From positions 62,001 to 126,000 of the forward strand of contig CDMY01000708.1 in NCBI GenBank assembly GCA_001179505.1: a DNA stretch of 64,000 nt. Reading direction: 5' to 3'. This document shows positions 48,701-62,586 of this stretch, in pieces. Made by a program: the position numbers and the translations under genes. The notes under the pieces were generated by a model that worked only from the letters and a program-made list of their open reading frames with translations, searched no databases and was not told the origin of the DNA. How positions within the stretch are numbered: the stretch's first letter is position 1; each line of letters starts with the position of its first letter. Source of the DNA: Vitrella brassicaformis CCMP3155 (Eukaryota; Protista; Chromerida).

Positions 48701-50911
48701 ATGCTTAGTGAGCGTCTTGCGCCGGTTGATCACCGTGCTCTGCTGCCGCCCGTCCGACGGCGGAGCCTACGGAGCCTGGTCTTCGATGAACGGCCCTTGA
48801 TGGTGCTGGGCGTGCTCCTGCTCTGCTGCATCGCATACCTCGGGAAATGTTCGCAGCTCACACACAAGCACATTCCATTCATCGTGGTGCATTCTCGTGT
48901 GTCAGTCACTGTTGTTGGCTTGTGTGTGCTGTGTGTGTTGCGTGTGTGATGCAGGTCTGTGTGTGTCGAATCTGTTTGCTATGGAGGTCATCGTAGAGAG
49001 GGAGGCGCCCATCACACACCAACAGTGCGTGCGCACACACAACGACGACAGTAACTTCATTCCATCTTTTTCTCTGTGTGATCAACTGCTCATCTGGCGA
49101 TTGATTGGTCAGGCTGGCAGTGCTGTTCATCGGCTTCTCCATCGCAGCGACTGTCGGTCGTCTGGCGGCCACGATGGCCATCGACGCCCTCGGCAGCCGC
49201 GTGACGCTCTTCATCGCCGCAGTGGGGTACACCATGTGCACCGTTGGCTTCGCATACATCGACAGCTGGCCGTGGCGACTGGCACTCTGGTCGGTGAATG
49301 GCGTGTTTGCGCAAGGGTGGGCCTGGCCGGCTGTGGTGGGCATGTGTGGCAACTGGCTGCCCATGGAGTACCTGATGATCTTTATGAGGTCAGGGGAGGC
49401 AGGCAGAGAGTGCAATGGTGGGGTGGCAGATGGTGGATATGTGTGTGTGTCTGTGTGTGTGTGTGTGTCACAGCTATGTGAGCCTGACGCCGCATGTGGG
49501 TGACGCGCTCGTTCGGCTGGTCCTCGGCTTCTTCATGCCCTACTACACATGGAAGCATATCTTCTACGCGTACCACGACACACGCACACACGCACAACAC
49601 ACAACACAGCCACACCAGACCTGGTCCGCCTCTCTGTCTGCCTGTCTGTGTGCCAGTTGTGCAGCGACGGCCGGTGTGGTGGCGCTGCCAGTGGTGCTGT
49701 TCGTCAAGAGCGCCCCGCAGGAGGACCATGAGACCTCCTTCCAGCTCTCGCGCATCATGGAGGAGAAACAGCCCCTCGTCGACCGCCTCAAAGCCATGGC
49801 CAAGCGCAAGGGCCTCTGGGCGCTCTGCCTCACGTCCGGCTGCCTCACCGGCATCGCAAACCTTTTCACCAGCTACTCGGTCTCCCTCCTCGCCCACTCC
49901 CACTGCTATGACGTCTTCTACCACCACAAGAAGCACGGCGGCCACGAGTCGTTCGCCGACTGCGTGGCGGACCCCGGAACCAACGCGCTGCTTTCCCGCG
50001 CGTCGGCAGTGTACCCGTTGATGGGCGTCGTGTCGGTGGTGGCGTTTGTGCAGCTGGCGAGCCGGCTGCCGCGGACCGGCCGGGCCTTTCTGCTGATGGG
50101 TTTCCAGACGGCGTGTGCGGTGGTGCTGACGCTGATGGTCATCTTTTGGAAGAACATGAGCTACTGGTACATTGTGGTGGCGCTGGCGGCCCTGGGGCTG
50201 ACCATCCTGGGGCCCGCACGGATGACCACCGACCAATTCGCCATAGAAGCTGGAGGTACGTGGATGGGCTGTGCGGTCCACTGTGGAGTGTGTGTTGTCT
50301 TGTGTTGTGTTGTGTTGTGTTGTGTGTGTCATTTTCATAGGCCGCAAGTTGAAGGGGACGGCGATGCTGCTGGTAGGTGTGATGGACAACCTGTGTATGG
50401 TCCTCACCTTCGTCGTCAAGGGCTACCTCGGGCCGAGGTGGCAAGCCATGCTCGCGTAAGTACGCAGACAGACCATACCATACATACACCCCACCCACCC
50501 AGCCGCCATAAACACACACGCATAAACACACACACACATTTGTGATGGCCATCTGTCCCTCCCTCCCTCTCTCCTTGTCTGTGTGCTGTGCTCTGCTGTG
50601 CAGTTTCTGCGTCTTGACGATGCTGCTGTCCATCTATGCCACCCACCTGCTGGAGCGTGCTCTCGACCTCAAGACGTCCTCCAAGAGGAAGCGCAACCGG
50701 TCCCTGCAGAAGAAGCGGCAGCGCTTCTCGGCCCGCATGGCCGGCCCCCCCTCCGCCTTCGCCGGCCGCTCCCGACTCTTCTCCCCCACCCTCCGACGCA
50801 TCACAGAGGTCGACGAGTCTTCTAGCCAGGGCAAGAGCTCACGCAAGACCGTGTCCGCCAAACCTGACGTCGACGAGCCGGAGGACGGCGGGGAGGGGAG
50901 TGGGGACGTGG

Positions 50912-50943
<32 letters not shown>

Positions 50944-51594
50944 GCTGCGACGGCAACAGCACAACAAAGGCGAGAGCGAGACGAGAAGGAGGCCGAGTGG
51001 GACGTGGTGAGGGAGCAGCTGTGGGCCACCGCGGGCCCTCGCGTGGCCGGCTCGCCACCGCCCTCGGTTGCAGGCAGCCATCGCAGCTCGGTCTCGAACA
51101 AACCTAGCGACATCTCCGGCAGCCCCGACACGTCACAGCGACGCGTGGCGCCTGCAGATGAGCTCTCCCACACTGCAGCAGCTGCTGCTGGCGAGGAGAG
51201 CAGGTCATTAACTGTAGGGGACGATGGGAGCATTGGTGGGCCTGGGGCGGAGGGAGAGGGCGAGGGCGAGTTAGAGGGAGAAGGAGAGACGGAGGGCGAG
51301 GAGGGAGATGACTTCTTCGAAGAATCCGCCGCCGACGCCGACGCCGAGGGGTTCATGGAGGTCAGTCCACAACGAGATAGATACTCGACACACGTCAACA
51401 CATGCACACGAGTGGCTGTGGCTGTGGCTGTGGCTGTGTGTGATGTTCCATCTATCTATCTATCTGTCTGTCAGGCTGAGGTGGATGCCGACCAGCGCTA
51501 TGACGGCGAGTCGCCCGAGGAGCGCGAGATGCGCATGATATCGCTGCACCGACGGACCATGTACCACATGTCGCTGCACGACCCCATCGTGTGA
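48701..51594 (+). CDS. MFS transporter, organophosphate:Pi antiporter (GlpT/SLC37)-like, with long acidic C-terminal tail
   Basis: About 12 hydrophobic segments. GRLAATMAIDALGSR (motif A-like), NGVFAQGWAWPAVV..GNW, FAIEAGGRKLKGTA. Confidence 0.85.
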
Positions 51595-52130
51595 TCGATG
51601 TGACCCTCACCTCACCCACCTCACACCCAGTAAGGGGCCACCGTAGTAGCTGCCTGCCGCGGTTTTGCGATCAAATATACACACACCTACATAATTGAGC
51701 GACTGAGGGAGGGCGTTGCGTAAGGTAACGTAAGGTGTACCCTATTTGTCAGCGAGTGGCGAGTGTTAGGCGGCCAGAGGAGGCGTCTGCACGTGTGTGT
51801 GGGTGGGTGGGTGTGCAAAGATCCAAGAGAGCGACAGAGCGCGGCGCACATGGGTCCATCCACGATTTGGGCAGGAGAGGCTTTAAGGCTGCTTACAGAC
51901 ATACACACCATACATGTCGGGGTGTGTGTGTGTGCGTGTCGGTGTTGGTGTCTATGTGTCGCTATGATGCCTAGTAGGGCTGACGGGGGTGGGGGGGGAG
52001 TCGGCAGCATCATGATGTGTGTGCCGATGAATGGAAGGATGGGCGGACAGGACGATGGGTGCTTTATGCATTCTGACTGACGTTGTTCAAGTGTGCGCAC
52101 ACACCACCCACCCACTCACTCTTAAATCAA

Positions 52131-54846
52131 TCAATCCCGCAGCTCCACAGGCGTCCACCCCCCCTCCCCTCCGGCATGGTCCCCCCTCTCCCTCATGTGG
52201 AGCTGCGCCCCCTCCGCCGGGTCGACCACAAACACATACCTTCCCAAGTCATCACCGACAGACGCTGTGGCCCTCTCCCTCATCAAAGGCTCATAGTAGC
52301 CCTCCTTGACCGTCTCGATAAACCGCTGCGCGTCACCGCTCCACACCATCGACACAGTGCAGCCGCCCCAACCTGTCACACACACACACACACACACATT
52401 CACAAGTGAAGCCAGGAATTGATTGCCTGGATCACCTACCTGCTCCGGTGACTCTGCTGCCGATGGCGACCTTGCGGCAAATCGATGTCAGAGCCGTCAG
52501 TTCCGGGCAGCCGCACTCATAGAGGTCCCGCATGCTCTCGTCGGAAGCATTCATCAACTCGCCCAGACGCTGCTCAAGTGAAAGAGGCACCACACACACA
52601 CACTGCCCATGACCCATTTCATCCGGCCATCAGTTAGAACTACCCACCCACCACTATTGTGGCATCGGTGTCCCTCTGTGGCCCCTCTGCCAGCTGCAGG
52701 AACTCGGCCACGCGGGCTGCCTCGCCGAAGACATGCAGCGCCCGCCTGCGTCACACACACAGACACACACACACAGCAGACAGACAGACAGACAGACACG
52801 AATGACACGCGCCGCTCTCACACACACACAGTAAGGACGGACGGACGGACGGTTGGCTGCTTACTTGTGCGGCTGGAATGTGTGGTTGAGCGTCCAGACG
52901 TCCCGGCCCACCCGCCGCAGGAGGGCGTCCAGCCTCTCCTGGCCAAGCACCGACGACACCTCACCCTGCGTTGGATGTGGGGACACACACATACACGACG
53001 CAACGCACCAGGCCGGGTGGACGCGGAGATGGACGTGCCTATAGGCAGCCAAGGCAGCTCCCGTGGAGGTACCTGCCTAGCTACCTTGGTGTAGGCCTCC
53101 TCGCGGATGTGTTGCCGCACCAGCGACCTGCACCCCTGACACGACACACAGGCAGACGGGCAGGACACACCAGTTAATAATTCCCCAGACACACAGACAG
53201 ACTCTGAGAGAGAGAGAGCCACTGACTGACTGAGTGAATGAATGAATGCTGCTCACGTCGTGGCACAGCTGGCGGGACCTCTGGAAGTCCGCAAGGGTCG
53301 ACCGCACCACATCGTCAGCCCCGAGAAAACCTCCAACCGCCCTGCAGGAACCAAACACACACACACACACACACACACATACACACACACAACATATCGG
53401 CAATCCAACCGCTTTCCTCGCTCACTCGTCAAGTATTGCCAGCGCCAAGGAGCACTCGAACACACGCTTGTTGTAGTGCGTGGCCGCCTGGACGGCTTTG
53501 GGCGACTCCACCAGCGAATGCGCCACCACAAACACCACACGAGACGTTGGCAAAGGCACCACACTCACCCGCAGAGGCGAGAACTGCACGTGCAGTGCCG
53601 CCCCCCGGCGGCAACACATGATTGCCGACTGGTCCATGCCGCCCCCAGCAGTGCCCACGCGCCGCTCCGTGTGTGTGCACAGCTCGGCGATGTGCGTGCA
53701 GGTGAGGGAGGGAGGGGAGGGGTGGAGGGAGAGGGTTGCCAGTGCACTGGCCACCACCAGGGCGGAGCTGCTCGACAGCCCTGCTGCCTGCCTTACGACA
53801 CGANNNNNNNNNNNNNNNNNNNNNNNNNNNNNNNNNNNNNNNNNNNNNNNNNNNNNNNNNNNNNNNNNNNNNNNNNNNNNNNNNNNNNNNNNNNNNNNNN
53901 NNNNNNNNNNNNNNNNNNNNNNNNNNNNNNNNNNNNNNNNNNNNNNNNNNNNNNNNNNNNNNNNNNNNNNNNNNNNNNNNNNNNNNNNNNNNNNNNNNNN
54001 NNNNNNNNNNNNNNNNNNNNNNNNNNNNNNNNNNNNNNNNNNNNNNNNNNNNNNNNNNNNNNNNNNNNNNNNNNNNNNNNNNNNNNNNNNNNNNNNNNNN
54101 NNNACCCCCCCCCCCCCCCCCCCCCCCCACACACACAGGCACAGACAAACGTACCAAAAAGGGCAAGGCAAAGCAAGGCGTGTGAGTGGGCTGTGCTGTG
54201 CACCTGAGGGATGTCGCCATCCACCAGCACGCCGATCTCAATCGAGCTGCTCTCGTCGCTCATGGCGTCAGTGTCGCTCCAGCAGAGGATGCCGGCCAGC
54301 ACGTAGTTAGTCCAGTGCGGCCCACTCGCAAACTCCCCCGACCAGTCCAGCGGCACTCCCGTGTGTTTGTGTTTGGTGATGCGGCGGGCGGGGTGGCCAC
54401 CCTGCTCGCCGTCCGCGTGGGCGATGGTGATGTCCACCATGGCTGCTGCTGCACCTGCGTCATCGTTGTCTTCCCGCCTCAGGCTGCTGTTTGCGTGTGT
54501 GTCGATGGACGTAGCGACCCTGACGGTGTGGTTGGTGGCGATGGGCAGCACGCTGTACCCATTGTAATCTGCAGGCAGGAAGCAAGCAGTGGATCGCATG
54601 ACACAACGTGCCCTTTGCAGTGCCTGTCTACCGATGTGCTCTCCAATCAGGTTCACCCTGAACATGAACAAAATCAGCAGAGCAGAGCAGAGAGAGATAC
54701 GGCTGCCTGCATGTGTTGTGTTCAGCGCCCTCTTGAATCAATGTGTACCTTCCTGGAGCCAGAGCGATGCAGTGAGGCTGACGCCCATGGATCTCGACGA
54801 ACCTCTTGCCAATCCTCAAGACGCCGTCCTCCTGACCTGCCGGCAT
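52131..54846 (-). CDS. GALK: Galactokinase / N-acetylgalactosamine kinase (GHMP family)
   Basis: [87 protein letters not shown]. One intron contains a gap. Confidence 0.95.
53804..54103. other. Assembly gap (300 N) next to a poly-C run in a GALK intron
   Basis: Run of N. Confidence 1.
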
Positions 54847-54890
54847 CGTGCAGCTACCTCTTTCCCCCCCTTCTGCCCTCCTGCCGATCT

Positions 54891-54900
54891 TTTGCGAGCT
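54891..54900. promoter_or_regulatory. TTTGCGAGCT motif in the GALK / M50 divergent promoter
   Basis: Exact copy of the recurrent upstream 10-mer. Confidence 0.45.
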
Positions 54901-54974
54901 AAGCATACAGATTTTGCTTGTCTTTCCTTCCCGCATGAACCGCAGTTGATGTCGAGCAGCCTGTTTGTGTGGAG

Positions 54975-57549
54975 ATGAAGCATCAGCATCTTAAGCTGTG
55001 GCAGCGGACGGCTCTGCTTTTTTGCGGCCTTCTGCTGCTGCTCGCCACAGCATGTGTCACGGAGGCCGCACAGGCGAGAGGCGCCGACAGCAACACGAGC
55101 AACGTGACGGCAGGGCCAGAGGAGGGAGATCGGCAGCACGCCGGCGACACAGATCTTGATCAGCAGCAGCAGTTGCGGCAAGTGCCCGTGAGCTCCTCCG
55201 ACCACCCGGCCTCTGTGGAGTCGGTGGAGCCGTCATGGGTCGACATGCTGACCTATCTGCTGGAGGAGAAGGGCGGCCGCGACGTCCCGATAGAGGAGAC
55301 CTTCGACCAGCTGCTGCAGGCCGCGAGACAACTGCTGAGCCGCATCCAGGGGTCACTCGAGACCATCCGGGAGCAGCAGGAGGTGTTTTTCGACTGCCTC
55401 AAGGACCTTCTCAACGGGCTGGAGACCACACGGCTTCCCGCTATACTGAAGGAGCTCCTCACCACGCTCAGAGAACAGGCCGCCGGCCCAGTGCTCAACG
55501 AGCTCGCGCGGGGCCTCAAGAATGAGACGGTGCTTTCGGCCATCGGCAGGGCGGCGTCGGAGATCTCGCGCAACATCGAGAGCACCTCTGACCTGTCGTC
55601 AATGGAGGCCCTGGGCAAGATCACACGCGACGACAAAGTGGTGGCCGCTCTGAAACACCTCAACGCCGTCATCGAGGGCAGCAAGATCGACGTGCAGCTG
55701 CTCAAGCTGTTCGAGATCCTCCAGAGCCCCGAGATCTCCGCCTGCCTCAGCCGGCTGTCGGCCGCGCTGAGGTCGCCGGAGGTGCTGGTGCCGCTGCAGC
55801 GGCTGTGGGAGTTCCTCTTGGAGGGCACCTCGACCGAGACGGTGCAGTACATCTTTCAGAGCCTGCGGGAGACGGGGCTGCTGGTCAAGCTGGCGCGGCT
55901 GGTGGGGGCCGTCTGGGTGGTGCTCGACGGCCTCGTCAAGCAGTTCTCGGGCGCGGTGGCGTCCCCGGCTGTGGTCAACGTGCCGCCATCGCACTATCCC
56001 TCTCCCCCCTCTCAGGCACCACCACCACCAGCGCCATCACCGTCACCGTCACCCATACAGACGACCAGCAGCACAACCACCACCACCAGCACCACCACCA
56101 CCGCCACGACCCTTCCCCCCGAGAGCTTCGAGGCCGATGAGGAGATGCCGATCGATGACACTAGTGACGAGAGTGACGACTCCAGCGGCGGGGCTGAGTC
56201 GAGCCTCGACGCGTCCTCCGGATTCATCACCATGCCGGCAAGGCTGAGGCGGGCCTCAGCGGGGCCGCACCGTGAGCATCATGATGCGTACGCACATGCA
56301 CAGCCACGGAGGTCGCCACAAGCGCTGAGGAGGACCAGGGCGGTCCACCACCCTCTTGCCATGAGTGCGGGGAGCGGCCCCGACCAGCGTCGAGGGACCG
56401 GCGGCACGTCATATCTCGAGGCCGACAAGGAGGAGGCCGAGGCGAGTGCTGGAGGTGGTCACGAGGAGGGCAAGGCGGCCCAGCTGACCATCGAGGAGGG
56501 GCGGGGCGGGGGCGCCGTCAAAGTCAACAACGACAACCCCGAGTACCAGAGGATGGAAGAGGAGAGGCAGCGACTGCTCATGGAGGTCAGGAGTGCGGTT
56601 CGCTGCGGTGGGTGCGCATGACACGAATGACTCTATGTGTGTGTGTGTGGTGCAGGCTCAGCGTCTTCGTCTCGAGGCCGACACCGACGCCAAGAAGCTC
56701 GAGGAGGAGGAGAAGCGGGTCGAGGAGGAGCGCGGGCGGCGTGTGGAGGGCGTGATCCAGCGGCTGCGGACCGCCACCGCCCTCGAGTTCCCTGCCATCA
56801 TCAAAAGCTCACTCGCTGCTGGGGTGAGTGCCTCAAGGACAGACAGAGACAGAGAGCCAGACACGGGCAAACACGACACAAGAGTGAATGAGCCCCTTCG
56901 TGTGTCTGTCCAGACGTTGACAGAGGAGGTCTTCCAGTCGCTCGTCGACAAAGCCGACAACGCCAAGACGCCCGAGGTACACACGCACACACACACACAC
57001 ACACACGAGCGCATCTTATCCATCCATCCATCCATCCATGTGTTCATTTGTTCATCAGGAGAAGGAGGAGCTGACCTTTTTGTCCGAGACGGCACTGCGT
57101 CTGGTGGAGGAGAACGACCCCAAGCTGGCGCAGAAGATCCAGCGGTCGCTGCTCAAGGTGCGGCTGGGGGTGGACCCCGACCTCAAGGAGGAGCTCGACA
57201 AACTCAACGAGCCCCTTTCCACCAGTGGCTCGCCCACTAGCCTCAAAAAGGGAGTTGACGAGCTCAGGGTGAGTGTGGTGGATGTGTGGGGGTGGGTGGG
57301 CCATGGGCGAGTGTGTGTGTTTGGGTGGGTGGGTGTGTGTCGATGACAGGAGATGTTGGAGGGCGCGATGAACATAACGCTGCTCAACGACACTAACGGG
57401 GCGGTCGTCAAGATCAACACGAGCATCCCCTTTGTGACAGTGCCTGAGGCCTTCCTGCCCACGTGGTGAGTGAGAGAGGGTCGGTCGGTGGGAAGGAAGG
57501 ATGCATTGCAAGGATTCCTCCCGTGTCAGTCATTCATGTGTGTGGTTCG

Positions 57550-57585
<36 letters not shown>

Positions 57586-58819
57586 TGAATGGCTGGCTGG
57601 CAGGTTCCCCATCAGTCTGTCCCGTGACCTCAACACCGAGGTGTCCCGCGACCTCAGCGGATACGACAATGTCCAGCCACTCACCAAGAAGGTATGCACC
57701 CCTGACCCCTCCCACAACCACCCACACCCACACCCACGTGTGTGTGTGTGTGTGTGTCGGCGGCAACACACAAATCCTCAGGATTTGAAGATCTTGAAGG
57801 AGGAGGTGCTGCTCTTCGACGAGTGGTTCAGTAGCAGCACCGACACCTCCCGCTACGCCGTGCTCTTCAGGGGGTCCTTCAAGGGCGAGCCGAGCCAGAT
57901 CCAGCAGACCTTCGACCGAATGCTCTCGCGCGTCGAGGCGCACCCCGAGCTCAAGGACAAGGTCACCCTCTTTCTGCTGCCACAGAGGGCGCTGCCCTTT
58001 GAAATGATGGAGGTGCGTCACACACACACCCACACACACACCCACACACACAGAGAGAGAGAGAGAGATTTCGTGTGTCATTCGTGTGTGTGTTGTGTGT
58101 GTGGTGTGTGTGATGGGCGGTTCGGGTGTGTCAGCAGCTGGAAGACGCGACAATGGACATGATCTTGCGCGGCGAGAACAAGCTCAACGAGCCCTGCATG
58201 ATTGCCGTCAGCAAGAACCTCCTCTCCCTCGACAAGGGCCAGACCAAGGGCGCGCAGAACAGGGCACTCGTCTTCCAAGCCATACTGCTCGCAGGTATGT
58301 CATGTCATGAGCACATCAACACAACACGACACGCCGGCCAAGATCCATCCATCCAGACCCACACACTTCCTCCCTCTCTCTCTCTCTGTGTGGGTGGGTG
58401 GGTGGGTGGGTGTGCGGCATATGTGTCGATCAGCGTCGCTGTTCAGTCTGACCTCATTCTCTGTGGCCACCTTTGGCCTCAACGCCGACTTTTGGTCTAG
58501 GACACTCGCAGGCACGACAGACACACAACTCACGCACAACACACACGACACAACACACACATATACCTTCTCGCCGTGGGCGGTGCTTGATTTAACTAAC
58601 GGCCGGCTGTTTGTCTGTCTGTCTGTCTGCCTGCCTGCAGGTGACTACGGCGCCCTGACCGACTGCTTCCCCGAGGTGGGCTTCACCTTCCTGACGCTGC
58701 TGGCCCACGAGGTGGGCCACTGGCTCGCCGCCAAGAAGTCTAACACCAAGATCAGCCTCCCATTCTTCATCCCATCCTTACAAACCGGCGCATTCGGAGC
58801 GGTCAGTCACACGCACGCA

Positions 58820-58856
<37 letters not shown>

Positions 58857-60192
58857 GGAGAGAGGAAGAGGAGAGGGCACACACCCCATAGGCACACTGA
58901 GACGCCTTGTGTGTTGTGTGTTGTGCGCTGTGTGCTGTGTGCTGTGTGTTGTGTGTGTGTGTGTGTGTGTGTAGGTGACTCGTCTGCGTGACTACCCCCG
59001 CTCGAAGAAAGACCTGTTCGATCTTGCGATCGCGGGGCCGGCCCTGGGGCTCGCCACCTCGCTCATTTTCTTTGTTGTCGGACTCGCACTCACAAGTAAG
59101 CGGCCAGCCTGTCTGCCTGGGGCACAGTCGTGTGCCTGTGAGTGGCATCCACCCATCCTCGTGTATGTGTGTGTGTGTGTGTGTGCAGGTCAGGGGACCA
59201 ACGAGGCGATAGCGAGCTGGCCCGTGCTGCCCGCCGCCCTCTTCCACAACTCCTTCCTCCTCGGTCTCATTACCGACTTCCTCGACAAGGGGCTTCTCGC
59301 AGAGGTAAAGTGGACACATACACATTCCCTCTCCCAATGTGTGTGTGTGTGTCATCTCTCTCTCTCTCTCCCTCTGTGTGTGTGTGTGTGTCAGAAAATC
59401 ACAACGCCGATGCCCGTGCACCCACTGGTGGTGTCAGGCTTCCTCGGGTCGATCATCAACGCGCTGAACTTCATGCCCATCGGTCGGCTGGACGGCGGCA
59501 GGGCAGCCACGTCAGCACTGGCTGCGGGGGCGCCGCTGCTGTCCATCGTCACGCAATTGGCACAGGTATGTGACTTGGGAGGAGGGTGGGGGGCTGTGGT
59601 GGGGTGGGTGGGGGGCGGGGATGAGTTATCCGCCGAACGCAATGCTTTGTCTGAGCTGAGAGCCTGAAGATAGCGATATTATCATAGTTACTCTGAGCCA
59701 TCCATCCATTTCTCCACACCACACACACTCACACACAGACAGTATGTCGACTCACTCACTGGGTGTGATGTGTGTGTGTGTGTGTGCCATGTGTGTCTGC
59801 TCTGCAGGCAGCGTCGGGTTTATTCAGCGGCAACGAGCTGCAGCTGTTTTGGGGCATCCTGGTGGTAATATTCCAGAACTCACCAGAGGTGCCGGCCAAG
59901 AATGACTTCTCACAAGTAGACAGCGCCAGGTGGGTCACTCAAAGCCCCCAAGCCCCCCCTCAGTCCACACACCCACCGTCCCTCTCCCCCTGTGTGTGTC
60001 GTGCTGTGTGTCCATCCATCCTTCCATCCATCCATCTACTTATGCAGGCGGACTCTGTTCTTTGTGGCTCTGTTTATCACGTTGCTGGTCCTGGTGCCCT
60101 ACCCCGACCAGATCCTCGGCGGGGCGGCCACCGGCGGCATGCAGTCGATGCCTCCAATGGGGCTCCCGGGGCTCGACAAAATCGGGGCATGA
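54975..60192 (+). CDS. EGY-type M50 (site-2) intramembrane metalloprotease with long N-terminal extension
   Basis: LLAHEVGH (HExxH), LPFFIP..GAFGA, FDLAIAGP, HPLVVSG..NALNFMPIGRLDGG (NxxPxxxLDG). Signal peptide and a 1.6 kb first exon. Confidence 0.88.
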
Positions 60193-61319
60193 TTGGGGCG
60201 GTGCAATGACGGATGGCTGGGGTGTGTGGGTGGGTGAGTGATGGGTGACAGCCAGCAACGTTTTGAAGTTTTCCGTCCTTTCCCGACCACCGGGCAGACA
60301 GCAGCAGACGGGCAGACAAGACATAGAGAGAGGGGCTCTATAGATGGAGGGAGGTGCGACTGACTGACTGAGTTTAATTGAGGTCTAGCTGTCTGAGCGA
60401 GTGTGTGTGTGTGTGCATGTAGATTACACCAAACATGCAATGCAGCAGAGAGGCATCAGTGCAGGTAGAGTGAGTGGGTGGGTGTCAGTGGATTTTTATC
60501 GTGTGTGGTGGCGGTGGCGGTGGTGGGTGGGTGGGTGGGTGGGTGGTGCGGATGCATGCCTTCTGTCTGTCTTAATGTCTTCCACACGCCGAGGGGTGGG
60601 TGTCAGTCAGACCAACCGAGAGGAGAGAGCCAGTGCAGTCGAGTCGATGGATTCCCCTCCGTCCGCGAAACGAAGTCAGTCAGTGAGCCAGCGGGCGAGC
60701 GATTTAGTTTTGATAATCTAATCGCAGCCACGCCCTACCAGATGCGTAGCCAGCCCAGCCCGGCCCGGCCGATGGGTGTCTGTCTTGTCTGTCATCGCCT
60801 TTGTTCAATGAGGGCCTGGCTGGCTGGGCGGGCGGAGTGGTGGCTGGCTGCTGAGGCTGGTGAAGGGTGGATGGATGTACAGCGGGGCAAAAGATCATTG
60901 ATAGATGTGTGTGGGGCAGACAGGCAGACAGACAGACCGACCGACGGACGTATGAAGCATATTTTTCTGTAGAACGAACAAACAATGTGTGTGGCTCTGA
61001 TGCCTGTTTGCCTGGCTATACATATCTATACAGTGTATATGGCACTACTATATGCCGATATCTATCAAGACGCGAGGCAGAAAACTCACCCACCCACCCA
61101 CCTCGACCCCCTAGCTACTCGCCCACCACCCACCCACCCATCCATCAACAGGAGGACAAGAAACACACAAGGAATCAACGCACCTATGCAAAGCCAAAGC
61201 AAGCACCCAACCAAGAAAGCAGCAACTAGAAACAAACACCTGCAGAGTGATATTTGTAGGAACACTGCCTGCGGGTTCCATATGTCGACAAATGAATCAT
61301 GTTCACATCAATATCTATC

Positions 61320-62553
61320 TCAGGCAATGTCGCCTGTGCGGGTGGCAGGGGTGTCGCCACGCCCCTCTCCCGCCCCCTCTGCCGCCCCAGCCACAGCGGC
61401 AGACGCAGAAGCCCCCCCGCTATCGGTGTTGGTGTTGGTGTTTTGCTCCTCGGCAAGAGCGCCGCATGAGAGGACCTTGAGCACGGGAGACACCTGCCGC
61501 CTCTCCTGCTTGCCCTGGTCGAGCGGAAAGAACACATTGAACAGATTGCTGCAGCCAGCGACAAACAGAGAGAGACGGAGAGACAGAGAGAGGAGGACCA
61601 CGCGCCCATCCACTCTGTGCGTGTGTGTGTTGTCCTGTTTGTGTCTCAAGGATGCTGACAGGTTATTGAGGAGCGAAATGCAGCCGACCACCAACACCGC
61701 CAGAGCAACCAAAGACTGCAGCCATCCGTGAAGACACACATGAGAGAGAGACGCACAGCAGACACACAAGGTGTGTCCGCCAAGCCAAGCCAAGGTCAGT
61801 CTGCTTACGAAGCTGCCGCGTGGGGAAAACATCTCCTGGACCATGAAGTTGGCGTATTCGATGTGCACCCTCGTGTAGTCGGCGTCCGCCGCCGTGTCGT
61901 TCTGATTTATCAGCTGCGAAAAGCGAAAGCTGCACGCACACACAGAGACACCAGAAACACACACGATACCGTCTGTCCGACGTGTGGGTGGGGGAGTGAG
62001 TGGGTGGGTGGGTGGGTGGAACACCCACTCGTAAGTGTGGTACTCCTTGTATGGCGTGATGTAGTCACTCCACTTGAGCGACCCCGAGGTAAGGCCTTTC
62101 CACAGCTCGATGTCGGTCACTCTGAATGAGGCAAACGGACGGAGGGAGGGAGGGAGGGAGACGTGTGGGCTGGGCTGGGTTTGGGTTGGGGTGGTTGTGT
62201 TGTGTTGTGTTGTTCTTCTCCTCCCTCGCGGCCTCCCTCCGCTGCTTACTTGACTTTTCTGAGCTGAACGGGAAAACAGCAGAAAGGGAGAGAGACCTCA
62301 CACGTGCGACACGCATACCCATGTAGACAGAGACATGGACGGACCTGAATGCCGCCGATGACGTACCGGCCCACCTGTGGGACAAAACACAAACCGCCCG
62401 ACGTATGTGGTACGTATGGATGTGTGTGTGTGTCAGGGGAGGGGCCCATACGTTTGCGAAGAACCATGAGGGCGACTGCTCAGTCTTGTTCATCTTGGAG
62501 TCATACAAACCCACCTTCAGACCGGGGAGAGGCCCGGCCGCTAAACACGCTCA

Positions 62554-62586
<33 letters not shown>

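Noticed and set aside
48840-48860. Apparent non-canonical (GG/GA) splice donor in the MFS gene
   Set aside because: A normal GT donor a few bases downstream (AAAT|GTTCGC) gives an in-frame YLGKCLCVSNL junction.
48701-54846. Sugar-phosphate-type MFS transporter next to galactokinase as a metabolic gene cluster
   Set aside because: Convergent orientation with separate promoters, unknown transporter substrate and no other Leloir genes. Adjacency is plausibly chance.
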